A DNA stretch of 64,000 bases from Negaprion brevirostris (taxonomy: Eukaryota), in assembly GCA_030324005.1 (NCBI GenBank), contig JARDVH010000099.1:53362297-53426296 (forward strand), in the 5' to 3' direction. This document shows positions 1 through 11,462 of this stretch, in pieces. Position numbers and translations under genes: made by a program. Every line of letters starts with the position of its first letter. The stretch's first letter is position 1. Below the pieces are notes generated by a model. It searched no databases and was not told the DNA's origin. It was given only the letters and a program-made list of their open reading frames with translations.

Positions 1-180
1 TAAACGTATCATAATCTGTAGACTGTTCATCCGAAAGGGTCAAATAAACCTTCAGTGATTGCCCTACCAAAACGCTATCATAAAATTGTCCAAATTTCCC
101 TTGGCCACTGTAGCTTAGTAGCAGTTTTCTCAAAGAAGCCACAGTACACTCCAACTCCTGCCTTCAACTCTTTCCTCACT

Positions 181-328
181 GGGTGAATATTCCTTGACAG
201 ATCAAAACCAGGAAGGGAACTTTCCTGTCCCATCCACACAGGAATTGTAGTGGCCGGGGGCAGACCGTACAAAGGTCCACTGACCTCAGGTGGGATTTTG
301 TGGCGAGAGGGGCAGGAAAATCCTGCCC
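181..328. mobile_element. Short MITE-like remnant, probably PIF/Harbinger-derived
   Basis: Imperfect terminal inverted repeats GGGTGAATATTCC (181) and GGAAAATCCTGCCC (315-328). No intact 3-bp TSD seen. Confidence 0.4.
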
Positions 329-379
329 TAGGAGTTAAATCTAAACCATTATAAAGCCTGCCTTCAACTGTTTACGTAA

Positions 380-709
380 TCAAAGCGTTTCCCCAGCTAA
401 GTCAAATTTTTTGGCTTCCCTTTCTCTCTGCAATTCACGGATTTCCCTTTCAGGTTTTATCTTTCTCCTTTCGCTTTGAAATGCAAGGTTTTCCTGCTCT
501 TTTCCTCTTGGGAATTTTGCTTTTCTCTTCCTCCAAGTTCTGATGTAGAAGTGAACAGCTTCAGCTGTTTCTGCCTTCTTATCAACTACTTTGAAATCTA
601 TTTCCAATTCTCTGCTATCCTCTTCAAATGAATCTTTGTTACTGTTGCAAGTTCCCGGTGGACAAGCCTTCTCTTTCAAGGGGAACACGTCAGCAATAGA
701 CACAGGCAT
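380..709 (-). pseudogene. Degenerate N-terminal gag of a Gypsy-like LTR retrotransposon
   Basis: 109-aa ATG-initiated ORF with an E/K/R-rich coiled-coil segment (EREIRELQREREAKKF). It lies about 370 bp downstream of the LTR-like element on the minus strand. Confidence 0.5.
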
Positions 710-1076
710 TTTGACTTTTCAATTAATGCAGCAAAATTCACTATGAAATCTTAGTCTTTCAAAATTTACCAAACCCCAGTGTTAGCCAGTGGACTTAAAA
801 TCCCACAAGAAATTCAAATCCCTCTCTGACAAACAAATTGAAAATAAGATCGACTACACACTCTTTTGTAGGCAATTTATACAATAAATTACAGAAAATT
901 TCCCCAGTTAATGCTTTTAATGTGACTCAAAATCTTCCTTCCCATTATACACTAATTCTTAAGTTGACACTGTATTCTACCAGTACTAATCCAAAGTTAT
1001 TATTAGCTTCCGATTGCTTGCTTCCCTTTTTTTTAACCATTTTAAACCGGATAATCTCTAATTCCTAGACTGTTAG

Positions 1077-1504
1077 TGTTAGGATTACCCTGGAGATTCC
1101 TCCCTCTAGCTAAAGTTAGGCAAATCTTCCAGTCTTGTTTAAATTCTCATAAACTTGGTCTTTCCAAATTGAGCAAGAGAATCCACTTCCGCTCATCTGC
1201 ATGACAAACCACAGAGACTTGCTGCCTCTATCTCTCATCTTTCTCTCATACTCTTTTTCTGGCAGACTGATCATGTCTGCGAGTTTTAGTGATTTTTTAA
1301 ATTAAAACTGCTAACCTGATCCTACAATGGTTCTTACGACCCTACCCCTCTCAAAGCCTATCACCATGGCAAGGTGAATTACATGAGCCTTGTATCAACC
1401 TAGAAATGTGAATTCGTTGTTCTTTAAATACCCAACTTCACTCTATCTTGAAACTAACAGAAAGTTTAACGTATAACTGTTTACAACAGCTGACAATCCT
1501 AACA
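1077..1504 (-). mobile_element. Long terminal repeat (428 bp)
   Basis: TG...CA termini with a perfect 10-bp inverted repeat, TGTTAGGATT (1077-1086) and AATCCTAACA (1495-1504). The flanks differ (no TSD), consistent with an LTR attached to internal sequence rather than a solo LTR. Confidence 0.6.
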
Positions 1505-1594
1505 CATTCCAGGGAAGTTTAGGGTCCTGATTTTCAGAGTTGGGATGTTTACAAAAGGTTGCAGAACCAAGATTCAGAAGCCCCATCTCTATTT

Positions 1595-1840
1595 ATAGAA
1601 TCATAGAGTCCCTACAGTGCAGAAGGAGGCCATTTGGTCCACTAAGTCTGCACTGACCACAATCTCATCCAGGTCCTATTTGCGTAACCCTAAATATTTA
1701 CTCTGCTAATCCTTCTGACACTGGGGTCAATTTAGCATGGTCAGTCAACCTAACCCACACATCTTTTGGACCATGGGAGGAAACTGGAGCACCTGGAGAA
1801 AACCCATGCAGACACAGGGAGAATGTGCAAACTCCATACT
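1595..1840 (-). mobile_element. HE1-type V-SINE, 5'-truncated, CR1/HER1-type tail
   Basis: Reverse complement contains the V-domain (GGAGTTTGCACATTCTCCC...GGGTTTTCTCC) and the GGCCTCCTTCTGCACTGTAG...TCTATGATTCTAT tail. Confidence 0.9.
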
Positions 1841-3139
1841 GTCTGGCTGAAACTATTTTTAACCTAAAATAATGGAAAACAAACTAACATTGGCACTTTA
1901 AACAACCAAAACAGTTAGAAGTTACCTCAAAGGTCAGTTTGGCATTCAAGCTCAGCATTTGTCCCAATTCACTGCACGTTATCCCCTGCAGACTCAGTTC
2001 ATTGAGGCAAGAGGCCACATTCATCCTTTCACAGAGCCTTTCCTCCTCCAACGCTCCTTGTTCATACTTGGACTTTTTCACTTCACTTCAACCTACCATT
2101 CTTTCTCTATTCCCCATTCAAAGGGACTCTGTCTCACTCTGCTACTGAGAAAGTATCTTTCCCTTCCACCCACCCAGTTCACCTAGNNNNNNNNNNCATC
2201 TCCCCACCCACTTTTCCCCAATTCAAGCTGGGTCTCTTCTCCACCAGTTGATATAATCTCCATGGATACCAATCCCTCAAAAAAAAAATTTGAGCTTCCA
2301 GTTGATGGCTGAAAGGATGGCACAACAAGGTTTCATGTTTTAAGACTTTAACCATAACAAACAAATGAGGAACAAGCTTTGTGTGGGCAACACCTACTTT
2401 AACCTTTCCCTTTTGATTTTGACACAACACACAGGTTTACTTTGCACTGTCTCTTAAATAGCCATTCAATTCTAACCCCTTTCCCTCTCAATCACCACTC
2501 AGTGATTTTGGCATCAGCACACTGTAGTTCGATAGAAACAGCACTAAAGCTGAGGGGCACCCATTGGTGCAGAGACAACAAGGCAGAAGAAAATTATTTT
2601 TCCAGCAAAAAAAATGAAGTTCAGCATTTCACAACCCAATTTGTACCCCCGTTGGGAGACAAAATTCCCAAGATAAAATAACTTTAAATGGTCTTACCCA
2701 AGGTAACTAATGCTCTGGCACCCAAACCCAATGGTTTCCCAATACTCTCCATACCAACTTATAGCACTTCTGTTCCCATTCATCCAGTATACACTCTGTA
2801 CAGAACTAATAAACCAATCTTAGCCTCATTAAATATTCTTGGCTGAGAGCCCAGACTTCCACCAGTCTTTTGAAACAGGTGTGCACAAGGGAAAACATTG
2901 CTTGATTAGCAGTTTTTTTCTCATAGATCTGTTTTGTCAATTACTTGGTGTTTATTTACACACAATAAAGAAGTGTCAACTGCTTATCGTTTCTGCTCAT
3001 TGATCCTTTAAAGTCTGGTTGATTCACACTTTTATTGGGTTGTACTAAAAGTAGCTTTTTTTTCAAAAGAAATTATGAATGAAATGCTGCTTTTAAGCTT
3101 TTCCATTATGTACCATTGTTACTACGTTGTTTATGGGTT

Positions 3140-3578
3140 CTGTACATAGTGTATACTGGGTGAATGGGCATGGAAATGTTGTGAATTGGCATGGAGGATA
3201 CAATGAGCCATTGGGATGGGTGAAGGGCATTGATTGGTATCAGGTGTATGAGGGACCGTTGGGTATGGTTGGAGGGGAATGAGTTGACATACAAGCCATT
3301 AAGGGTAGGTGGGGCATGTGCTGGCATGTTATAGTATGGGTGGAACAATGGGAATGGATGAGGAATGTGAAGTGTGAAAAATAGAGGATATAATATTGAA
3401 TAAAACAGTCATGTCCCAGAGAACTGAAAGAAGTCTTTTAACCAATTTCCAGTTCTTTTGCCTGCCTCTGAAATGTTACTGTGTATAAGGGTCCAACTCC
3501 AGCATACAGCACTCCAAGTCTTCCCCCACCCCCCACTCCAAATCAGAATAAAAATCCCACTTCCCTGAGACAGGTGTG
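3140..3578. mobile_element. Degenerate low-complexity internal segment of a probable non-autonomous DNA transposon
   Basis: Repeated GGCATG/GGTATG G+T-rich units similar to the segment at 42.1-42.4 kb. Runs into an N-gap. Confidence 0.3.
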
Positions 3579-4204
3579 NNNNNNNNNNNNNNNNNNNNNN
3601 NNNNNNNNNNNNNNNNNNNNNNNNNNNNNNNNNNNNNNNNNNNNNNNNNNNNNNNNNNNNNNNNNNNNNNNNNNNNNNNNNNNNNNNNNNNNNNNNNNNN
3701 NNNNNNNNNNNNNNNNNNNNNNNNNNNNNNNNNNNNNNNNNNNNNNNNNNNNNNNNNNNNNNNNNNNNNNNNNNNNNNNNNNNNNNNNNNNNNNNNNNNN
3801 NNNNNNNNNNNNNNNNNNNNNNNNNNNNNNNNNNNNNNNNNNNNNNNNNNNNNNNNNNNNNNNNNNNNNNNNNNNNNNNNNNNNNNNNNNNNNNNNNNNN
3901 NNNNNNNNNNNNNNNNNNNNNNNNNNNNNNNNNNNNNNNNNNNNNNNNNNNNNNNNNNNNNNNNNNNNNNNNNNNNNNNNNNNNNNNNNNNNNNNNNNNN
4001 NNNNNNNNNNNNNNNNNNNNNNNNNNNNNNNNNNNNNNNNNNNNNNNNNNTCAGGCTGTTGCCTGACTCATCTGCAAAACAGCTCTCCCAATTTTGGCAC
4101 AAGCAGGACCAACAGGGCTGGGTTTGCCACCATCATTGCCAGTGCCCAGTTTAATGCTAAGTTATCTGTTTGGTTTCATTCATTTCTATTGACTTTGTAG
4201 TTGT

Positions 4205-4527
4205 TCGAAACAACTGAGTGGTTTATTAGGCCATTTCAAAGAGTATTTAAGGGTCAACCACATTGTTGTGGGTCTCGAGTCACATGTAAGCCAGACCAAA
4301 TAAGGATGGCAGATTTCCTTCGCTGAAGGGCATTAGTGGACTAGTTGGGTTTTTATGACAATCGACAATGGTTTCACGGTCATCATTAGACTTTTAATTC
4401 CATATTTTTATAGAAAAAATCAATGTTCACCATCTGGTGTGGTGTGATTTGAACCGAGGTGCCCAGAGCATTACTCTGGATCTCTGGATTACCAGTCTGG
4501 TGATAACACCACTGTGCCACTACCTCA
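4205..4527 (-). mobile_element. tRNA-headed SINE, second family (non-V)
   Basis: Reverse complement has an A-box-like GTGGCACAGTGG, a B-box GGTTCAAATC and the core GAAGGAAATCTGCCATCCTTA...TCTGGCTTACATGTGAC, shared with copies at 25.8-26.1 kb and 46.0-46.2 kb. Confidence 0.8.
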
Positions 4528-4534
4528 AGTCGAT

Positions 4535-4700
4535 TGCAGTCTATCAAGACCTCTCTGAATTTTAAATGCTTCAAAAAGATCGTCTCTCATTCTTCTGCAC
4601 TCCAGAAAATATGGCCTCTTTGGGCTCAATCTCTCTTCATAGGATATTTCATCCCGGGAACCTTCATTACACTTACCCTAAGACAAGTACATCATTCCTT
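4535..4700 (-). mobile_element. CR1 LINE ORF2 3' fragment, old
   Basis: Reverse complement resembles the CR1 C-terminal FSLEXRRLRGDL region found in other copies in this window. Confidence 0.5.
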
Positions 4701-5847
4701 AGGTACCTTAACAAAGGTCAGAAGTGACATTGTATAAAACCATTAAGCTTGTATTACTGCTTCTTACATTGAGCGCAAAACTCCTGGTCAGCCATGCTTG
4801 GTACGGAATGGTGTCCCTCAAGCCAGAAGCCTCTGGTGACAGGCTAGTGACCTGCTCCAGGTAAAGTAGACTATGGAATCAGATGAAATTCTGCTTTGTG
4901 CTCCACTAGTTGCAGGAAGAGAAGCAGCAGCTTCTTTAATTGCTTCAATGGTTATTGATAATAAATGAACATGCAAAGATTCACTTGGACTATAATTAGC
5001 AGTAAAATAGCCATAATGCAATGAAAAATAGAGTTCTCTTATGTCAAGTACCCCAAATGCAGCAGTTATAATATCATGCTCAGAAATACTTCTGCCCGGA
5101 CATCCTCCACATCTGAGCCCTCTCTGTAGTTAGTACAGAGGCTGCTATCTACTTTAGGCTTATCTAAAAATCTTTTTAAAGATTTATCACGAGGGACCCT
5201 ATGTAGGTGGTAGACTCTTCAATCTCAGACNNNNNNNNNTTTCAAATCTGGGTCCTTTATGGATTAAATTAGCCACAATATTCTTCTTGAAAATTCAACA
5301 CGTCTGGGATCCTGCTCCAAAGCTCTTCAACTAGGAGACACTAAATGCTCGCCCATTTTTCTATCTTCCACAGGTTCTCCTAACTATTTGCATGGGTTCT
5401 CCAGACTCCTTCCTCAAAAGGGGAGACACTCTGCCCTCGAGGGTCACTACCCATGTTGTATTCTTTTTTAGTGCTTCATACGTAATCTTATCTCTCAAGA
5501 GCAATGTATAGAGTATGAATGTGTTCTGCTCACAAGTCACTCAGAATGCAATGAAGAGTGTGTGAGTTTTCCTTAATTTAGGCAACTAGAAAGATCAAGA
5601 TTGAATCTAGGGCAACAGTGAAACTCATTATTTGAGGAATATTTTCAGGGAAAGGAATAGAGCTTGAAGGATCTTGAACTTCCCTAAGATGCAGGTGAAG
5701 GAACAAAACAGATATACAGAACACAAGAGGGCAAGCTGGCTAGCACTGGTACTCACACATTGGATTTGCTGCATAAAATAATTAGTCTTCTTATCATGAC
5801 TGGCCTGGTGAGGTCATTAAACTTTTCCCTCTATACTTATGTATTAT

Positions 5848-5862
5848 CCACAGGGTGGCACT
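5848..5862 (+). promoter_or_regulatory. Possible CTCF motif
   Basis: CCACAGGGTGGCACT, a near match to the CCASYAGRKGGCRS core that deviates at positions 5-6. Confidence 0.3.
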
Positions 5863-6513
5863 CACCATCTCTGCATTTAATTCTACTGGCATTGTAGGAG
5901 ACCTTGTTGGTTCACTACCCTATCTAAATGCCTGTTAGATGCAGGACTATCAGGTTAGAAGCTACCAAGTTTATGAAGTCATCAGTGGAGTTGTTGATGG
6001 CTGAAATAAGTAAGAGGTGTAGGATCTTGTTTGGCAACCAATGTATGTGATATCTATATTCTTGCTTTTTCTTCAACAACTGTCCTTCCATCAAGATGAA
6101 CGTTCCTTGGCATTTTGCTAATGCACAGCCACTTAAATATTGCAACTGGAGTGATTTCCCTCCAAGTCAAGATTGACTATCAAGAGTGTGTGAAAATAAT
6201 GCTGAAAAGTTGTGCAAGGGATTGTGCAAGGGACTGGGTCAGGTTCCACATAGGTGTATTAGGATTGGTGAAAAGGCAAACTTAGCAAAATAAATTACCA
6301 AATCAGGTGGAAAGAAAAATTTAGGTTGCTGTCATCCATCCCAGTGAGTGTAAAATAGACAATGCCTACATCAGTTTGCATAAACAGTGCCTCTTGAGAG
6401 AGTTATCTTGGAGTCCCCAACATCGACAGTGGTCAAATATCAGGTCATTCCTGGATCAATATTGTCCCAGAGGTGCCTGTAATTGCAATTTCTAAATCTC
6501 ATATGATAAAACT

Positions 6514-6823
6514 GCGGCACATTGGCAAAGTGGTTAACATTGCTGTCTCACAGCGCCAGGTTCCCACCTCGGATGATTCTGTGTGGAGTTTGTACATTCT
6601 CCCCATGTCTGCGTGGGTTTCCNNNNNNNNNNNNNNNNNNNNNNNNNNNNNNNNNNNNNNNNNNNNNNNNNNNNNNGATTGGCCATGCTAAATTATCCCT
6701 TAATGTCCAGCGGACTAGCAGGGTACATAGGTAGGGTTAAGGGAATAGGATCTGGGTGGGACTGTAGTCGGTGCAGACTCAATAGGCTAAATGGCTCCTT
6801 TCTGCACAATATGGATTCTATGA
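6514..6823 (+). mobile_element. HE1-type V-SINE
   Basis: tRNA-like head, V-domain GTGGAGTTTGTACATTCTCCCCATGTCTGCGTGGG, internal N-gap, tail GGATTCTATGA. Confidence 0.9.
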
Positions 6824-6869
6824 ACTACAAAGTGGCCTTAATTGTGAAAACGTAGAGATAGCGAAAATT

Positions 6870-7787
6870 ATGAAGATTCTATCAAGTAATTCAATAAGCT
6901 GTGAAGAGGACAGTGCAGAATTTCAGGAGGACGTAGAATGGTTGATGGGGTGAGCAGATAGGTGACAGATAAAGTTCAATGTGGAGAAGTATGAGGTGAA
7001 GCAATTTGGTTGTAAGAACAAGAAGAGACAATATAAAATAAGGGGTAAACTTTTTGTAGGGTGCAGGAGGAGAGGGACCTGGGTGTATATATGCAAAATC
7101 ATTGAAGATGGCAGGATAAGTGGAGAGGGCAGTTAATAAAGTATATAGTATTCTGAACTTTATTAATAGGGGCATAGAATACAAGAGCAAGGAGTTAATG
7201 CTGAACTTGTGCAAGACACGAGTTAGACCTCAGCTGGAGTATTGTGTTCAGTCTGGGCACACACTAAAGAAATTATATGAATGCATTGGAGAATCTCATT
7301 GGAGAGTGCAGTAGAGGTTCATAAGAATGGTTCTAGGGATGAGAACCTTCAGTTGTGAGAATAGATTGGACAGATTGGGATTGTTCTCCTCGGAGAGAAG
7401 GAAGTTAAAGGAGATTCGATAGAGATGTTCAAAATCATGAGGGGACTGGACAGAATGGACGGGGAGAAACTATTCCCGCTCATAAAAGAATCAAGAACAA
7501 GAAGCAACAGATTTAAGGTGATTTGCAAAAGAAGCAAATGTGATGTGAGGAAAATCTTCTTCACACAATGAGTGGTTCAGGTCTGGAATGCAGCCACTGG
7601 AAATGTGGTGGAGGCAAGTTCAATCAAGGCATTTAGCAGGCCATTAGATGATTATTTGAATAGAAGCAGTGTGCAGGGGTACAGTGAAAGGGCAGGGGAA
7701 TAACACTAAGTTATGATGCTCATTTTGGAGAGCCAATGCAGACATAATGGGCCAAATGGCCTCCTTCTGTGCTGTAATAATTCTGTG
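6870..7787 (+). mobile_element. CR1/HER1-type LINE, ORF2 C-terminus plus 3' UTR (decayed)
   Basis: Translated motifs KFNVEK(Y)EV, FINRGIEYKSKELMLNL, VRPQLEYCVQ and a GLFS(L)EK-like segment, followed by the GGGCCAAATGGCCTCCTTCTG 3' end. Confidence 0.92.
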
Positions 7788-9132
7788 AGGCACTCCTATC
7801 ATCACAATATTTGAGCTAACTAAAAATAAACTAATTCTGTAAAATTCTCTATGTTATACAATGGGAAAAAGAGCAATGTTTTGTGTCAACCAATAATCGA
7901 GTGAAGCTTCACACACTTCATTGCTTGTGGCAACTTTTGCCTGTTTGGAAATCACTGGAACCCTCCCATTTGAATGCAAAAGTTCAAATGTGGAATTTCT
8001 GATATGTTTAAATAAGCGTGGTCACTTACTTACTGAACTACAATCAGTTAAATATGCATTAGGCCAAGGAAAAGTTGTGCCTTCTCTGCTGGTGCTCAAC
8101 CTTTCCAAGCCTTTTGTGTTTCCAGCAATTACCAAGGTCAAGTCTTGGACATTTGGTCTTGTGACAGTGCGTGTACTCTGTGTTTGTGCCACCTAATGCA
8201 AATTTTTAAAAAGAAAAAGTTGTGGCGTGACTGCTACGAATGATCATTTTAACTCTAATTTGTCAGTTTCAGTTTCCTACATTAAATGATGTACTTTTTA
8301 TAATCTCTGGCAGACATTCTCTGTTTGTTTTTATCTTTAATGAGACAAATGAAGTGGATGACATATAGTTACATCGCATATAAACTTTACATCTGACTTT
8401 CCTCCTGGCTGGCATGCACAGAATAATTCAGATCTCCTTACACTTTTACAGTGGTCAAAACTACATTATTGCCTTAATTAGAGATATTACTGGGTGGTAT
8501 TTTAATCTATACTCCACATGTTACTTTAGCATGCCCAGGAGAATAGATGATTTAGCTTGCTATGTCTTGCTGATGTGTTTATTGATGACTGCTTTAAATC
8601 TATGCTCTGAGAAATTATTACAATTTACATATAGAATTAAAGCTCAATGTTAACAGAAATAACGAGTAAATAATTAAACTCTGCTCAATCATTTGAATTC
8701 CAGTGCAACAAGTCTGAATTTCTGCATAGTAAAATGAACTCAATGGCAGAATATTTTGCTTGTGTTTGAAGAAACCTTGCACGTTACCAAGATTTTTCAC
8801 CTACCATTAATTTCTGGGGGAATTATATCTCAACCCAGAAGATACCTCCATCGTTATTCCTGCCTGTGGAATCTTTTCCTCCTGAACAATAAAGTCATTT
8901 GACAGAAATGTAACTTATTTTTAAGTAAACTATTGATTTCCACCAAGTGGAGTTATTTAAAATGTATGTTATTTGTGATATTTTTGTATGCATCCTAAAA
9001 TTGTCAACTTTTGGTATTGTTAATATCTATTTAAAAAATTACACTGAGTGAAGGAGTTCCACCGCACTCCATTCATGAGAATTAGAATGCCAACCTTGAG
9101 GTAGCATGGCAGTGATAAGTGGGTGGAACTAA

Positions 9133-9270
9133 AGTTTATTCATTAGTGTCACAAGTGGGTTTACATTAACACTGCAATGAAGTCACTGTGAAAATCCTCT
9201 AGTTGCCACACTCTGGCGGCTGTTCGGGTATACTGAGGGAGAACTTCGTATGGCCAATGCACCCAACTAG
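9133..9270 (-). mobile_element. V-SINE tail fragment, alternative tail (type B)
   Basis: Reverse complement: CTCAGTATACCCGAACAG...GATTTTCACAGTGACTTCATTGCAGTGTTAATGTAA...TTGTGACACTAATGAATAAACTTTA. Confidence 0.8.
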
Positions 9271-9517
9271 TAGGAGATAATGTGTTTGAAGAAAGAATGA
9301 CAATGTTGATAGGAGAGACACATCTTTGCCTGGACGAGGAGTCGTAACATTGAGAGACTAGATTGGACAGGATAGTCATCGACCTAGACAAACACCAAAG
9401 ACACAGGCTAATAGGTGTCGGGACAAAAAGCAGCTGGTGGTGAGAAAGAAAGCTGCTAGTGTATCTCAGGCACACATCTGAAACTTTTATTTTAAATTTG
9501 TTGTTGGTGTCATAGGT

Positions 9518-9767
9518 AGACATACATTAACACTGCAATGAAGTAACTATGAAAATCCCCTAGTTGCCACACTTCGGCACCTGTTGGGTACACTGAGGGA
9601 GAATTTATCATGACCAACGCACCTAACCAGCGCATCTTTCCGACTGTGGAAGGAAACTGGAACGCCCAAAGGAACATGCAGACTCCGCACAGACAGTGAC
9701 CCAAACTGGGAATTGAATTTGGGTCCCTGGCGCTGTGAGGTAGCAGTGCTAATCACTGTGCTGCCCC
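9518..9767 (-). mobile_element. V-SINE, type B tail
   Basis: tRNA head (GCAGCACAGTGATTAGCACTGCTACCTCACAGCGCCAGGG), V-domain and type B tail. Confidence 0.9.
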
Positions 9768-11356
9768 TATAGATACAGGCTAAACTGTTTTGAGGAACTC
9801 AGTTATATATCCAGATGTACACAACTATATGATTGGATGCAAAAAGCAGAAACCAGTTTATGTTTAAGCTTTCTGTTTTCCTGGAGTTGCTTTTCTATAG
9901 ATTGGTAAAAGAGAGTATTAGGTTTTCTATAACAATCAGACTACCAATCCATCATAATTGTTGTATTTTATCAAGGCCAAAAAATTATGTTCGGGATAAC
10001 ATGTATGTATTATTAATGTACCTGTCTGGAAGTCTTCTCTTATTTTAAACAGATTAATAGCAGTGAGGAATTTCAGAGCAGCATGTTAAGCATTTATGCC
10101 ACAGCATAATTTCAAGCCCCAAGAGTTTTGTGTTTATTATACATAAAAGCAGGACAAAGAGATCCAATTTCAACAAAGATAATAATCTTTGGACAGGTAC
10201 AAACAGCCACTATGATTGAAGAATAAGCTTCATGGGGTTGAAAATCCTCTGAGCTATTTTTAGATCACTGTTAATGTGTTTGCACTAAATTTCTGTGAGT
10301 GCTATTTTAACAGCGTTATCCCATTTATTTCGAGCAACTGAACAGCTTCATTCATACAGTGCGCTCAGAAATTTGACACAAATGCATTAAGCACTATGCT
10401 AAAAATAGCGTACAGAGGAACTTCAACCTACAGAAGACTTATCCTGTAACGGGGCAACTAAATGGTGAAGAATGGGATGAAGTTTGCTTGTCCCTATTTG
10501 TAATTTTTTGTTGTTGTGTATTTGGAGTGATTTTATAACTTCTGTACTATAATTCAACGAGTCAAAGTGAAGCACATGTAAATATTTTAGTGCAGAAATG
10601 GATGTACAATGTCTCACTATAATAATCCAATATTAGCTAGGGGTGGCATCAAGAGATTAAAATCAATTATAATGTTCAAAGTAGGTATTGCCAAACAGAA
10701 ATATTTGAACAATAAGTTCCACCACAGGCATATTCCTACTGCACAATATTCATCAATCAACATGTAAATACCTCATGATCTCACAACTATCCAGTCAAAC
10801 AATACAACTGCAACCAGGAACAAGTATTCTTTTGAGGAAGCATAACAGAAATAAAAACAATCGTGATACCAATATAAGTAATTGTCTTTTAAGTTCTAGC
10901 ACAAAAGCACTTTTTCCATTATTTTCTATACTTACTGCTGATTAAAAATTGCATGCCTAAATCATTGCAATGGACAACAGAACCTGATATTAAAACATCC
11001 TACAGAACCAGAAATAAGAATACATTTGACTATAACTGATCTGATGCAGTAAAACCCGGTTGTGACTGTTATTAAACTCATGGCGCAGTGCTTTTTTTTC
11101 TGTACGCTGCTTTCCACAGAAGATCAATAGCCCTCCTGGATATGTCGCGATGGGGAAGTAAATAATCTGGAATAATGGAGCTTGGAATATCACCTTTTCT
11201 GAGCTTGTCCATTCTGATGAATGCCAATCACCAATCACAAAACTCACTGGTACACCTTAATATCGGTATTGTGATTGAGTACTGATATTCACTGGAGGGG
11301 CGGTGGGGGGGCTGTCTAGGCATCACTGTGTGTTGTGATTGGGGGCTGGTACTCAC

Positions 11357-11462
11357 TTGGATGCATCAGTGAATAAATTCTGGCTCTACGACATTCTTAA
11401 ATTGATGATGTCTTCATCTGATGGCTGATGACATCATTTGCAGAAGTTCCTGCAGTCGAAAG
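11357..11462 (-). other. Candidate non-coding exon (106 bp)
   Basis: Acceptor TCCTTTCTGCTCTTTTAG|CTT and donor CAA|GTGAGT. Stop codons in all three frames. Confidence 0.45.

Noticed and set aside
157-369. 13-bp direct repeat CCTGCCTTCAACT at 157 and 357
   Set aside because: It does not sit at the boundaries of the enclosed MITE-like element, so it cannot be called a TSD.
3476-4200. Long ORFs of 190-240 aa (likewise at 46.4-46.8, 47.8-48.2, 51.4-52.0 and 52.4-52.8 kb)
   Set aside because: They are open only because they run through N-gaps.
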